Assembly (NCBI GenBank): GCA_963815115.1
Contig: CAWFFN010000007.1
Coordinates: 864,001-928,000, forward strand
Source: an uncultured delta proteobacterium
Lineage (GTDB): Bacteria; Desulfobacterota; Binatia; DP-6
DNA: 64,000 bases
Direction of reading: 5' to 3'
Shown: positions 1 through 10,503 of the stretch, one piece after another
How positions within the stretch are numbered: position 1 is the first letter of the stretch
Layout: each line of letters opens with the position of its first letter
Notes under the pieces: generated by a model
Databases searched by the model: none
Told to the model about the DNA's origin: nothing
What the model saw: only the letters and a program-made list of their open reading frames with translations
Program-made: the position numbers and the translations under genes

Positions 1-963
1 CTCCGGGATGCGGACGTCGAGCGCGCGCAGGCTCTCCTCGAGATGCCGCATCTCACGCACCCCGATGATGGCCGACGTCACTGCAGGGTGGCGCAGCGTC
101 CACGCGGTGGCATAGCGTGCGAGCGGTACGCCGAGCTCGTCGGCCAGCCGCACCAGCTCCTCGACGATCTCGAGGCGGCGCAGGGCCTGGGGCGTCTCCA
201 TGTCGAACCGGGGTGCCACGAAGGCTCCGAACTCGGTCTGGTTGCGCGCGCGCGAATCCTGCGGGACCGGCTTTCCCTTGCGATAGCGCCCTCCGAGCCA
301 GCCGCCCTCCAGCGGGCTCCACACGATCGCGCCGAACCCGTGGGCCTCACAGACCGGGAATATCTCCCGCTCGGCCTCGCGCGTGAAGATCGAGTACGGC
401 GGCTGGGTCGAGACGAAACGCTCGAGGTTGCGCCGCTCGCTGATCCAGAGCGACTCGACCATCTTCCACCCTCCGAAGTGCATCGAGCGCGATTCGGCGA
501 GCGTTCCCGTCGATACGCCCAGGTAGCGGACCTTTCCCTGGCGCACGAGGTCGGTGAGCGCGCCGAGCGTCTCCTCGAGCGGCGTGTCCTTGTCGTTGCG
601 GTGAATCTGGTAGACATCGATCCAGTCGGTGCGCAGGCGCCGCAGGCTCTCCTCGACCTGGAGGAAGACGTGACGGCGTGAGGTGCCGCGATCGAGCATG
701 CCGCCAGGTCCCGGCATGAACACCTTGGTCGCGATCACCGCCTCCTCGCGCCGACCCTCGAGCGCCTTGCCGACGATCTCCTCCGACTCGCCCATGCCGT
801 AGCGGTTGGCGGTGTCGATGAAGGTGACGCCTTCGTCCAGGGCGCGATGGATGATCCGTGCGCAGTCGGCGGGATCGTCGTTGCCCCAGCGTCCGAGCGT
901 CATGGTGCCGAGGCAGAGGCGCGAGACCTTGAGCCCACTGTGACCGAGCCGCGCATAGTCCAT
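1..963 (-). CDS. Aldo/keto reductase (3' end lies beyond the left window edge)
   Basis: Hand translation from ATG 963: MDYARLGHSGLKVSRLCLGTMT...FIDTANRYGMGESEEIVGKAL...IATK...SLRRLRTDWIDVYQIH, the typical AKR motifs. No stop codon in the window, so it is absent from the ORF track. Confidence 0.92.
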   Translation of the reverse strand, partial: MDYARLGHSGLKVSRLCLGTMTLGRWGNDDPADCARIIHRALDEGVTFIDTANRYGMGESEEIVGKALEGRREEAVIATKVFMPGPGGMLDRGTSRRHVFLQVEESLRRLRTDWIDVYQIHRNDKDTPLEETLGALTDLVRQGKVRYLGVSTGTLAESRSMHFGGWKMVESLWISERRNLERFVSTQPPYSIFTREAEREIFPVCEAHGFGAIVWSPLEGGWLGGRYRKGKPVPQDSRARNQTEFGAFVAPRFDMETPQALRRLEIVEELVRLADELGVPLARYATAWTLRHPAVTSAIIGVREMRHLEESLRALDVRIPE

Positions 964-1150
964 GGCGGACCACACTCGATCGAACGGGCGGCTTGCTGCA
1001 ATACCCCGAGCGTCTCCGGCCCGGACGTTTCGATGGCCCGGACGGGGACCGGTCCCCGTGTCCGATGGCCCTCCCGGAGACGCTCCGCGACTCGGGAGGG
1101 CACGCATCTCTTGACATCAATACCCGCCGGAGCGCAGTACTGGGGGGCAG

Positions 1151-1164
1151 ACTGACATGTCAGT
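1151..1164. promoter_or_regulatory. Perfect 14-bp palindrome ACTGACATGTCAGT, probable TetR operator
   Basis: Lies between the divergent AKR and TetR genes, 14 bp before the TetR ATG; TTGACA at 1111-1116. Confidence 0.6.
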
Positions 1165-1178
1165 ATCGTCGAGATGGC

Positions 1179-1871
1179 ATGGAAGAGGTTACCGATAAGA
1201 AGCTCTCCAATCGGGCGGAAGCCCGCCGCGACAAGATCTTCGCGGCCGCCCTCGAGGTCATCTCACGCAAGGGGTTTCACCAGACCTCGATCGCCGACAT
1301 CGCGGGCAGGGCACGCGTGTCGCGTGCCACCGTCTACCAGTATTTCTGTGACAAACGCGATATTCTCGCGTCACTCACCGACCGGGTCGCGCAGCGCCTG
1401 ATCGACGCGATGAACGCCTGGGCTCCGCTCCCGAGCGGGCCAGGCGACACGATCGGCACGAGCTTGCCCTTCGCCACCGGCGAGGGGTTGCGCCACATGA
1501 TCGACGCCCGCATCTCCCAGATCCTCGACGCGATCGCGGAGAACGCCGACGCGTTTCGTCTCATGATGCGGCTGAAACGAGGGGATGAGGGTCTGGCCGA
1601 CGACGCGCCCGCCCGGATCGACGATCATGTCGTGGCGCTGCTGACCCGTGACATCCAGGCGGCGGCCGGCTTCGGCTGGGCCCGGACGTGCGACGCACAG
1701 ATGATCGCGCGCTTCCTCCTGGGCGGCATCCAGAAACTGCTCGAGGATGCCTTCGACCGCCCCGATCCGGTTCGGCTCGACACCGATGCGATCGCCGGGG
1801 AGATCGGGGCGCTGGTCTTCTTCGGCCTCGCGCACGGGGACCTGATCACCACGGTCCTCCGGTCCCGCTAG
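1179..1871 (+). CDS. TetR/AcrR family transcriptional regulator
   Basis: N-terminal HTH: RRDKIFAAALEVISRKGFHQTSIADIAGRARVSRATVYQYF. Confidence 0.92.
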   Translation: MEEVTDKKLSNRAEARRDKIFAAALEVISRKGFHQTSIADIAGRARVSRATVYQYFCDKRDILASLTDRVAQRLIDAMNAWAPLPSGPGDTIGTSLPFATGEGLRHMIDARISQILDAIAENADAFRLMMRLKRGDEGLADDAPARIDDHVVALLTRDIQAAAGFGWARTCDAQMIARFLLGGIQKLLEDAFDRPDPVRLDTDAIAGEIGALVFFGLAHGDLITTVLRSR

Positions 1872-2087
1872 CTTCCAGCGCATGCGGCTCGGCGTGATCG
1901 TGGTCCTCGCCGCGTTGGTCGGGATCGCACGCGCAACGAGGCCGCGCGGGTGACGCGTCACGGCGCCGCGACGTTCGCCGGCGTCTGGTACGATTCCCCA
2001 CGCTCGGCCGGCGAGCGCCGCGGAACCAGCGATCGCTTCGTGCTCGCGTTCGTGAAGCCCTGATCGAGCCGCCGAGCACCCCCGCCG

Positions 2088-2801
2088 TCAGCCCATCGCC
2101 TCGCGCCAGCGGCTCGGCGGTACCCCGAAGCGCCGGGCAAAGACCCGGCTGAAGTACGCCGGCTCGGAGAAGCCCGCCGCCAGCGCGGCTTCCTTCACGG
2201 ACGTCCCGCTGCGCAGCAGGCCGATGGCGCGTTCGAGCTGCATCCGCCGCCGCAAGGCGGTGAACCGCTCGCCCGTCGTGCGCCGCACGAGCGTCGAGCA
2301 GTGGCTCGGGCTGTAGCCGAGGCGCCGCGCCAGATCTGCCAGCCGCACGCCCTCGTGCAGGTGCTCGGCGACGTACACCGGCACCTCCGGCAGTGCCGGG
2401 CGTTCTGTTCCGCGACGCTTGCCGGCGGCGACTTCGCGAAGCACGTCGCGGAGCCGTGCGGAGACGTCTGCGGGAGTCCGGAACGGAGCGTGGAGCAAGT
2501 CGGCGGCGGCGCGTTCCAGCAGCGTGCGCACGTCCGGGGCGAGCCCCGGCCCGGGCGCGATGTGTGCGACGTCGAGCAGGATCGCCCCTCGCCGTGCCGC
2601 GCTGGTCCCGTCGCCCTCCTGCTCGACCATGGCCGCCGCGAGTGCCGCGGCGGCGAGGACGTCCTCCGCAGACGACCCGCGCACCGCCTCCGCCAGCCGG
2701 CGCGCGACGACACGGCACCAGTGGCGGCGAGGGTCGCCGGCCACACGCGCCGCTGCGGGCGAAGAAAGTCCATGCGAACCAAGGGCCGGTGCATTGCGCA
2801 T
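2088..2801 (-). CDS. AraC family transcriptional regulator (start uncertain)
   Basis: C-terminal double HTH: LADLARRLGYSPSHCSTLVRRTTG...SVKEAALAAGFSEPAYFSRVFARRFGVPPSRWR. Confidence 0.85.
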   Translation of the reverse strand: MRNAPALGSHGLSSPAAARVAGDPRRHWCRVVARRLAEAVRGSSAEDVLAAAALAAAMVEQEGDGTSAARRGAILLDVAHIAPGPGLAPDVRTLLERAAADLLHAPFRTPADVSARLRDVLREVAAGKRRGTERPALPEVPVYVAEHLHEGVRLADLARRLGYSPSHCSTLVRRTTGERFTALRRRMQLERAIGLLRSGTSVKEAALAAGFSEPAYFSRVFARRFGVPPSRWREAMG

Positions 2802-2811
2802 CCCGGTCCAA

Positions 2812-2830
2812 TAATGAAAATGACTTTCAC
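2812..2830. promoter_or_regulatory. Fur-box-like 7-1-7 inverted repeat (TGAAAAT-G-ACTTTCA)
   Basis: AT-rich patch in GC-rich DNA that resembles TGATAATnATTATCA; immediately upstream of the RBS (AAGGAGG) of an iron-uptake-type operon. Confidence 0.7.
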
Positions 2831-2851
2831 TTTCAAGGAGGAGATCAAGGG

Positions 2852-3283
2852 ATGGACGTGATGGCTGCCGACGACGGGACCCGCGCCGCGGCGTTGATGC
2901 GCGACGCGGCCGGCCTGGGGCAGGTGCGAGTGCTGCTGCGCACCTGCAGCAGCTTCATGGAGCTCTTCTGCGACGCCGGCTCCCTCGAGGTCGTCGACGG
3001 CTGGCTGACGATCCGGCGTCCGGCCGCTCATCTGCACGTGGAGCTACGGGCGCTGCGCGGCGCCTGCCTGCTCGAGGCGGGCGGCGATGCCTACCCGCAC
3101 GCGCCCTCGCTCTGGCTGGTCGGCCGCTGCGGAAGCCCCTCGGTGATCGTCATTCTCGACGCGACTCTCGGCGACGAACGCCAGCAGCAGGCGGCCGCGT
3201 TCCGGCTACTGCGCGACCGCTGGGGCGAGCGCGTCGGCTTCGAGACGCTGGCCGTGAGCTCCGATGAGCGGGTTCTCCACTGA
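2852..3283 (+). CDS. Putative HutX/ChuX/HemS-fold haem/iron carrier-like protein
   Basis: About 143 aa, strong RBS, first gene of the uptake operon; pattern LGQVRVLLRT...FMEL...GWLTI...HLHV...AFRLLRDRW recalls HutX/HemS domains. Confidence 0.5.
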   Translation: MDVMAADDGTRAAALMRDAAGLGQVRVLLRTCSSFMELFCDAGSLEVVDGWLTIRRPAAHLHVELRALRGACLLEAGGDAYPHAPSLWLVGRCGSPSVIVILDATLGDERQQQAAAFRLLRDRWGERVGFETLAVSSDERVLH

Positions 3284-3446
3284 CGCCCACCGCGCCCCCG
3301 TCGGAGGCCGCGAGTCCGGCCGACGGCGTCCGTGGCCCACCGGCCGTCGAATGGAACCCCATCCTGCACCGAGGCCCGAGACGTCAGTCCAGAGCCTGTC
3401 CCACCAGTCCGCCGCTCCGAGCGGCCCCATCCCAAGGAGGGCTCTG

Positions 3447-4583
3447 ATGAGACGACACATGCGACTCGGCCGCACCCTCGGCATCGGTCTCGTTCTCGCG
3501 TCTGCCATGGCGGTCCACGCCGAGACCATCGTTCTCGACGGCAGCACGGGCGCCGCCTACGATTCGGTCGGCGACGGCTGGTTCTTCGCCGGCACCACGC
3601 CGCCCCTCCCGGCGCCCGATGGCATCGGAGACGCGGGCGGCCAGGCTCTCGCCGTCGGCCTCATCACCGGCGTGCTCGAGCTCCGTGCCATGGCCGAGTT
3701 TCCGCTCGCCCCGCTCGGCGGCCTGAGCGCGGGACAGATCCAGAGCGCCACGCTGCGCTTCACGATCGACGACGTGATCAGCACCTTCGGCCCTGGTGCC
3801 ACGTTCGACAGCACCGCCTCCGACCCGATCGCCGTGTACCACTACCCGGCCGACGGCATCGTCACGGTCGGCGACTTCTCGCCCGCGGGCGCCACCCAGG
3901 TGGGCGTCGTCCATCCCGGTGCGGTCACCGATGCGACGCTCGCCGGCACGGGCGCCCTGCCCTTCGACGTCGACGTGACGGCCGCGCTCCGGGATGCCCT
4001 CACCGACGGCGATACCGCGTTCGGCGCGCTCTTCGGGACCACCGACTCGCCGACGGGAACGTCGCTCGACAACCTCGCCCCGCCGGGCGTGCCGGGCGGG
4101 GCCCTGCCCATCCTCACCGTCGTCACTGAGCCGCTCCAGCCTCCCGTCCTCACGAGCGCGGCGCAGGCGTGTCAGACCACGATCGCCAAGGCCGGCCAGA
4201 AGCTGGTCGGAACGGCGCTCAAGTCGTTCAGCACGTGCTTCGCGCTCGTCCTGAAGGACTTCGCCCCCGACTCGACCCTGGCGCCGACCACGGCGCCGAA
4301 GTGTGCCGGCGCGCTCGACCCGGGCAGCGCGGACTCGAAGCTCGGCAAGGCGCTCGCGAAGCTCGTGGCCGACATCGAGAAGAAGTGCGAGGGCGTGACG
4401 CCTGCGGACATCGGCAGCCCGTGCGATCCCTCCGCGCCGACGATCGCGCAGACCGCCACGTGCGTGCGTGATGGCCAGCTCGCCCTGAGCGAGGCGCTGG
4501 TCGCGCAACAGTATGCTTCCGGCTGCACGTTGCTGTCCGCCGTGGGCCTGGATGCGGCGTTCCCGGGCATCTGCACGCCCTGA
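3447..4583 (+). CDS. Secreted protein: uncharacterised N-terminal beta domain plus Cys-containing helical C-terminal domain
   Basis: RBS AAGGAGG and a signal peptide (…ASAMAVHA|E); N-domain is paralogous to that of the next gene. Confidence 0.8.
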   Translation: MRRHMRLGRTLGIGLVLASAMAVHAETIVLDGSTGAAYDSVGDGWFFAGTTPPLPAPDGIGDAGGQALAVGLITGVLELRAMAEFPLAPLGGLSAGQIQSATLRFTIDDVISTFGPGATFDSTASDPIAVYHYPADGIVTVGDFSPAGATQVGVVHPGAVTDATLAGTGALPFDVDVTAALRDALTDGDTAFGALFGTTDSPTGTSLDNLAPPGVPGGALPILTVVTEPLQPPVLTSAAQACQTTIAKAGQKLVGTALKSFSTCFALVLKDFAPDSTLAPTTAPKCAGALDPGSADSKLGKALAKLVADIEKKCEGVTPADIGSPCDPSAPTIAQTATCVRDGQLALSEALVAQQYASGCTLLSAVGLDAAFPGICTP

Positions 4584-4684
4584 GGCCGGCTCGGCCGGCG
4601 GCTCCGACCCGGAGTTCTCCCCCGAATGTCTCTCGCGAGGGGCCGCCGGCCGACCACCACGTGCTTCGATTGCAGGAGATTCCG

Positions 4685-6424
4685 ATGCGTCGCCTCGCCA
4701 CCGCGCTCGTCCTCGCGACCGCCCTTCCGGCGGCCGCGCTCGCATCCACCGTCACCATCGACAACACCACTCCTGGCGCGGTCTGGGACGGCATCGTCGA
4801 GGGCTTCCCCGGCCTGTCCGGCCGAATCGGCGGCAATCCCCTGTCGGTGGTGCGGCGCGGCGAGACGCTCCAGCTCCGCTCGGTGATGGAGTTCCCACTC
4901 GTCTCGCTGGCGGGGATCACCCCGGAGTCGATCGTATCGGCGACGCTCACGTTCAACATCGACGACGTGCTGTCGACCCTCGGCCCGGGCACCGAGCTCA
5001 GCGGCGAAGGCGCGGACACCATCCTGGTCCACTTCTACCCCGGGGATGGCGAGGCGCTGCTGGCCGACTTCGGACGCACCGAGGAGCCTGCGGTATCCGT
5101 CGACACGGGTCCGGGCACCATCACCGATGCCACCCTGACGGCTTCGGGACCGGTCGTGCTGACGGTCGACGCCCGCCCGCGTCTGCTCCAGGCGCTCGCC
5201 GCGGGCACGCCCTTTCTCGGCGTCCTCTGGCGTACCAACGACAACCAGACGGGCACCTCACTCGATGACGGACGCGGCGGCTCCGCCTCCGGCACGCCGA
5301 GCAACACCGTGCCCGGCTCCCGCATGCCCTTCCTCACCATCGAGGTGGGCGACACGGCGCCGTCCAGCTGCGGCAACGGCCGGCTCGATACCGGCGAGCA
5401 GTGCGACGACGGCAACCGCGCCGACGGCGACTGCTGCAGCCGGCTGTGTGCATTCGAGCCGCCGGGCGCCACGTGCAACGATGCGAATGCCTGTACGACA
5501 GGCGACGCGTGCAACGGCGCCGGTGCCTGCATCGCCGCGCGGCCGCTGGCCTGCGACGACGGCAACGATTGCACCGCCGACTCGTGCGACCCGGCCACCG
5601 GCTGCGTTCACGGCGTCACCAACGAAGGCGCGCGCTGCGACGACCGGAATCCGTGCACCACCGACGAGATGTGCACGGCCGGACGGTGTGTCGGGGTCGC
5701 CGTCGAGGGATCGTGCGACGACGGCAACCCGTGCACGGGTGGCGATGTCTGCGCGGCCGGCGCCTGCCAGGGCGCGCCGGTCGACGGCACCCCGTGCGAC
5801 GACGGCAAGGCGTGCACTGGGCACGACACGTGCCGGGCCGGAGGCTGTCTCGGGACACCGCTGTGCGGCGACGGTCACCTCGATGCGAGCTGCGGCGAGG
5901 AGTGCGACGACGGCAACACGACCGGAACCGACGGCTGCTCGTCCGAGTGCCGCTACGACACCCTGGTGGGCGGCACGGCGCCGACCGAATGTCTCGTCCG
6001 GATCGCGTTCGGAGCACCGCAGCGCGACCCCGGGGGCGCGATCGCCGCGGAGCAGGCCTGCACCGACGGCGACCCGACGTGCGACACCGATCCCGCCGAT
6101 GGCGTCTGCGGATTCGTCGTCGCGGGTTGCTTCGGCGTGCCCGATCCACGCCTGCCAGGGTGTGGCCCCGCCCCCAACGTCAAGGCGCGCATCATGCAGC
6201 CGGCCGGCGGGGCCGCCGCCCGCTCCACCCGGCGGCTGCTCGTGTCCGCGTTGCGGGCCAGCACCATGCCGGGTTGCACGCAGCCCACCACCGCCACGGT
6301 GGCGGTGCGGCGCCGGGGTAGCAAGCTCCAGCCCGGGAAGACCGCACTCGTCCTCGGCGCCCGGGCGGCCGGCGTGGGCCGGGATCGCGACACGATCCGG
6401 CTCGTCTGCCGGCCGGGGCCGTGA
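4685..6424 (+). CDS. Secreted protein: the same N-terminal domain plus Myxococcus Cys-rich (DUF4215-like) and CDDGNxCTxD repeats
   Basis: Signal peptide; CGNGRLDTGEQCDDGN…GDCCS and repeated CDDGNxCT units. Confidence 0.85.
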   Translation: MRRLATALVLATALPAAALASTVTIDNTTPGAVWDGIVEGFPGLSGRIGGNPLSVVRRGETLQLRSVMEFPLVSLAGITPESIVSATLTFNIDDVLSTLGPGTELSGEGADTILVHFYPGDGEALLADFGRTEEPAVSVDTGPGTITDATLTASGPVVLTVDARPRLLQALAAGTPFLGVLWRTNDNQTGTSLDDGRGGSASGTPSNTVPGSRMPFLTIEVGDTAPSSCGNGRLDTGEQCDDGNRADGDCCSRLCAFEPPGATCNDANACTTGDACNGAGACIAARPLACDDGNDCTADSCDPATGCVHGVTNEGARCDDRNPCTTDEMCTAGRCVGVAVEGSCDDGNPCTGGDVCAAGACQGAPVDGTPCDDGKACTGHDTCRAGGCLGTPLCGDGHLDASCGEECDDGNTTGTDGCSSECRYDTLVGGTAPTECLVRIAFGAPQRDPGGAIAAEQACTDGDPTCDTDPADGVCGFVVAGCFGVPDPRLPGCGPAPNVKARIMQPAGGAAARSTRRLLVSALRASTMPGCTQPTTATVAVRRRGSKLQPGKTALVLGARAAGVGRDRDTIRLVCRPGP

Positions 6425-8532
6425 GGAGAGGTGTCACCACCCTGCTCGCCGTGCTGGCACTCATCGGAAGCCCCGCGAGGGCCGAGGACCATGCGGCCGT
6501 CGCCCAGGATCGCACCGGCCCCGTGGCCCCGACGCTCGCGGCGGCCGAGGCCGTTCCGCTCGACGAGATCGTGGTGACCGGCAGCAAGTCCGAGTCGCGC
6601 GCCTGGGACTCGACCGTACCCACCCAGGTGATCCCCGAGGAGGTGATCCGCGAGACCACGACCATCGACGTGCAGAACGTGCTGGGAGAGGTCCCCGGCC
6701 TCTATGTCCGCCGCAACGAGCAGTTCGCCCTCGGCGCCAGCACCGTCGCATGCAGGGGCTGGACGCCAACAAGGTGGCCATCCTGATCGACGGGCGGCGG
6801 TTTCGCGGCGGGATCGACGGCGTGGTCGACCTGCGTGACATCCCGGCCAACAACATCGAGCGCGTCGAGATCATCCGCGGACCCGCGTCGAGCCTCTATG
6901 GCAGCGACGCGATGGCAGGCGTGATCAACTTCATCACCAAGCAGGGAACACCCGAGCCGCGTGGCGAGCTGGCGATCGCGGGAGGCGACTTCGCGCGCCG
7001 CTTCATCGCCGGCAGCCAGGGGTGGCAGGTGGGACCGGTGCGCTACTTCCTCTCCGGCATCCACGACGAGTTCCGGCCCTTCGAGCAGTTCGGCGCCATC
7101 AGCGAGCAGTTCACCGGACCGCGACGGACCGAGACCCAGGCTCGCAACCAGGTGAACCTCCGGCTCGACTGGGACGTCGGCCAGCGCCACGCCTTCACGC
7201 TCTTTCCATCGTACCAGGAGCAGGACAATCCCGACAGCCAGAACCGCAATATCGTGTTCGGCGGCGAGTGGCGCTGGAGGACGACGCAGAGCTCGGAGCT
7301 CGTCACCTGGCTCAATCGCTACAACTTCACCCGCTCGAACGACCTCCCCGGATTCGAGGAGTCCTCCGACTACGTCGACTGGGAGACCGAGTCGCGCTGG
7401 AGCACGGAGCTCGGCCCGTGGCTCGCCTGGCCGAGCCACCGCCTGACGATCGGGATGCGCGGCCGCGAGCAGGTCCTGGACCAGGGCTCCGTCGAGCTCC
7501 AGGGCAACGAGGGTCCGATCAGGACCCCGGCCGTGAACGCGTCCATCTGGCAGGTGAGCCCGTTCCTCCAGACGGACATCCTCTTCGACGAGCACTGGAG
7601 CCTGCTGGTCGGCTCGAGCTTCGACGTCCACCAGGTCTACGGTCTCGACGTGAATCCCCGTGCCACGCTGACCTGGCGGCCGAGCGATCTGCTGCGCGTC
7701 TCCGCCACGGTGGGCCGCGGCTTCCGCGCGCCCGACCTCGTGCAGCTCTTCGGGGTCGACGTCAACTTCGGCGGGCTCTACGCGCTGCTCGGCAATCCCG
7801 ACCTGCGGCCCGAGACGGATCTCGCCTTCCAGCTCGAAACCCAGTTCCGCTACCGTGGCGTCGACGCCTTCCTGGTGCTCTTCCGCCACCAGTTCGACGA
7901 TCTCATCGCGTTTCAGCAGCTTCGCCTGTGCAACCGACCGGGCGTGCCGCCCGGGTGCGTGCAGGATCCCCTGCCCCAGCTTCCCGGGCCGCCTCCGCTT
8001 CCAGACCCAGAACGTCTCCAAGGCGTTGACCCAGGGAGTGGAGCTCGGCATCGACGTCGCACCGCTCGATCTCCTCGGGTTCGACACCCCGCACCAGCCC
8101 TCGATCGGGATCGGGTACGTCTATCTCGACAGCCGGGACGAGAGCGGCATCCCGGGCGAGGATGGCAACGAGCTGCCCTTCCGGCCGCGCAACCGGGTCC
8201 TGCCGACGTTCGGCTACCGCCACAAGGGAACGGGCTTCACGCTGCGCGTCTGGGGCGAGTACGAGTCCGACACGTTCACGACGATCGCGAACGATCCCAT
8301 CGACGTGGCGCGCAAGCACTGGCTGTGGAACTTCAAGATCCAGTTCGCGCCGCTGCGGATGCTGCCGGAGGACTTCGGCGGACGGCTGGCGACCGCGATC
8401 GACGTCGGCCGCCACCTCGAGTTCTTCATCGAGGGCGACAACGTGTTCGACCAGGAGTTCGGCCCGCTCACCGCCGCCGGACGGCTCGCGGGACCCGCGG
8501 CATACGTGTTCGGCGTGTCCGCCAGGTTCTGA
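6421..8532 (+). pseudogene. TonB-dependent receptor with two single-base frameshifts (near 6747 and 7992); real pseudogene or assembly error
   Basis: TonB box (LDEIVVTG) in 6421..6786; plug (ILIDG…NIERVEIIRGPASSLYGSDAMAGVINFIT) and barrel (GNPDLRPE) in another frame; C-terminal Phe (…VSARF) in 7855..8532. Confidence 0.88.
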
Positions 8533-8554
8533 TCACCGCCCACGAGGAGAACGT

Positions 8555-9484
8555 ATGACGCACCGAGAGTTCACGCCCGAGGCCCGGCATCGCCGACCTC
8601 CTCACCCGGCTGCCGGGGGGTGCGGAGGTGTGCCCGTGATGGCGTTGCTCCTGCTGGTGGTCCCCCTGGTCGCCGGCACGGGGTTGGCCGCCGAGCCGGT
8701 GCGGGTCGCGACGCTGCTGCCCTACGTCGAGGATGCACTCGTCCAAACCGGGGGTGTCGAGATCGTCGCCACCGTGCGCCGCGATCTCGCGACCGCGCCG
8801 GCGCCTCCGATCGTCGATCTCGGCAGCCCGCACGCACCGAGCTTCGAGAAGCTGGCCGAGGCGCGACCGCAGGTGATCGTGGGCGATCGGCAGCTGCACG
8901 GCGCCCTGCGCGACAAGCTCGCACGCAGCGGCGCGGAGGTGGTGCTGGTCGGGTCGGATACGGTGGATGCCACCTTCGACGGTCTGGTCGAGGTCGGGCG
9001 CCGCTGTGGCATCGAGGCGCCGATGGCGGCGCAGGTGGACAGGGCACGACGCGCTCTCGCCGGCCTGACGCTCCCCCAGCGCACGCCGGCCCTGGTCATC
9101 TTCGGCACGCCGGGGTCGTTCCTGATCGTGTCGAGCCGGACGTGGCTCGGCGACCTGGTGTCCCGGCTCAACTTCGACAACGTCGGCGCTGCCGCCAGCG
9201 GCGAGGAGCGTCACCCGGGCTTCGTCCAGCTGAGCGACGAAGTGCTCGCCGGCCTGCGCCCCGAGCTGGTGCTCATGGTCGCGCACGGCGACCCGGAGGC
9301 CATCCGGGCAGCTTTCACCAAGCGCCTCGACGCCGGCGGTCCGTGGGCCGGCATGCGCGCCGCCGCCGTGCATGGCGTGCACGTCCTCGCGCCGGCGCTC
9401 TTCAGTCAGAATCCGGGGCTCGCCCTGCCGGAGGCGGCGAGGCACCTGCACGACCTCGGTATCGCCCGCGCGAGCGCCCGGTGA
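8555..9484 (+). CDS. ABC transporter periplasmic binding protein (haem/iron-siderophore/cobalamin family)
   Basis: LGSPHAPSFEKLAEARPQ and LSDEVLAGLRPELV motifs; operon context; RBS GAGGAG. Confidence 0.85.
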   Translation: MTHREFTPEARHRRPPHPAAGGCGGVPVMALLLLVVPLVAGTGLAAEPVRVATLLPYVEDALVQTGGVEIVATVRRDLATAPAPPIVDLGSPHAPSFEKLAEARPQVIVGDRQLHGALRDKLARSGAEVVLVGSDTVDATFDGLVEVGRRCGIEAPMAAQVDRARRALAGLTLPQRTPALVIFGTPGSFLIVSSRTWLGDLVSRLNFDNVGAAASGEERHPGFVQLSDEVLAGLRPELVLMVAHGDPEAIRAAFTKRLDAGGPWAGMRAAAVHGVHVLAPALFSQNPGLALPEAARHLHDLGIARASAR

Positions 9485-10503
9485 CGCGATCCCTCGCCAC
9501 GGGCCGACTCCTCTTCGAACGCCTGCGCGCCCGACCGGGATTCTGGGCCGGCGTCCTGACCCTGCTGCTCGCCGCCGCGGCGGTCCTCGGCAGCGTGCTC
9601 GGTGCGGCGCGAATCCCTCTCGCCGAGATTCCACGCGCGCTGACCGACCCGGCGCATCCTGTACATACCGTCCTCTGGAGCGTCCGGCTGCCGCGCGTGG
9701 CGGCCGGGATCCTCGTCGGAGGCGCGCTCGGCGTCGCGGGCGCGCTCCTGCAGGCCGTCGTGCGTAATCCGATCGCCGATCCCGGCATCCTGGGCGTGAC
9801 CGCGGGAGCCGGACTCGGCGGTCTGCTCGCCATCTGCCTCTGGCCCGAGCACCCCTTCCTCGTGCCGGCGCTCGCGTTCCTCGGCGGGCTCGGCGCGGTG
9901 GCGGCGCTGCTGACCGCCGCCTGGGGCGGCGGCCGGATCGCCGGGCCACTGCGCATCGTCCTGTCCGGCGTCGCCATCCAGACGATTCTCTTCTCGCTGA
10001 TCGCCCTCGTCACCTTCTTCTTCGCCGATCGCGCCCCGGCGTTCGTGTCGTTCACGATCGGCTCGCTCAACGGTCTCGGCTGGCGGGACGCCGCGCTGAT
10101 CCTCGGTCCCGTGGTCGCCGGCACCGCCCTCGCGCTCGCCTCCACGCGCGCGCTGAACCTCCTGCTCCTCGACGACGACAGCGCCGCGGGCGTCGGCCTC
10201 TCCGTGCGTCGCTCGCGCATCGCCGCATCCTGTCTGGCCGTGTTGCTCGCCGCGGCGGCGGCGAGCGTCGCCGGGCTGGTGGGCTTCGTCGGCCTCGTCG
10301 TCCCGAACTGGGTGCGCGTCCTCGTGGGTCCCGACCACCGCGTCCTCCTGCCGCTCTGCCTGCTGGCAGGGGCCGCGCTCCTCGTGCTGGCCGACACCGC
10401 GGCGCGCACCGTCGCAGCGCCGCTCGAGCTGCCCGTGGGCGCGCTGCTCGCCCTCGTCGGCGGACCGTACTTCCTCTTCGTCCTGTGGCGAACGCTCGCA
10501 TGA
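9481..10503 (+). CDS. FecCD/BtuC family ABC permease
   Basis: VRLPRV…GALLQAVVRNPIADPGILGV…GLVGFVGLVVP…ELPVG. Confidence 0.93.
   Translation: MTRSLATGRLLFERLRARPGFWAGVLTLLLAAAAVLGSVLGAARIPLAEIPRALTDPAHPVHTVLWSVRLPRVAAGILVGGALGVAGALLQAVVRNPIADPGILGVTAGAGLGGLLAICLWPEHPFLVPALAFLGGLGAVAALLTAAWGGGRIAGPLRIVLSGVAIQTILFSLIALVTFFFADRAPAFVSFTIGSLNGLGWRDAALILGPVVAGTALALASTRALNLLLLDDDSAAGVGLSVRRSRIAASCLAVLLAAAAASVAGLVGFVGLVVPNWVRVLVGPDHRVLLPLCLLAGAALLVLADTAARTVAAPLELPVGALLALVGGPYFLFVLWRTLA

Noticed and set aside
5265-6745. 1097-aa ORF 5265..8558 as one gene
   Set aside because: The N-terminal part is an off-frame shadow of the Cys-rich gene; only about 6748-7990 is real coding sequence (TonB receptor).
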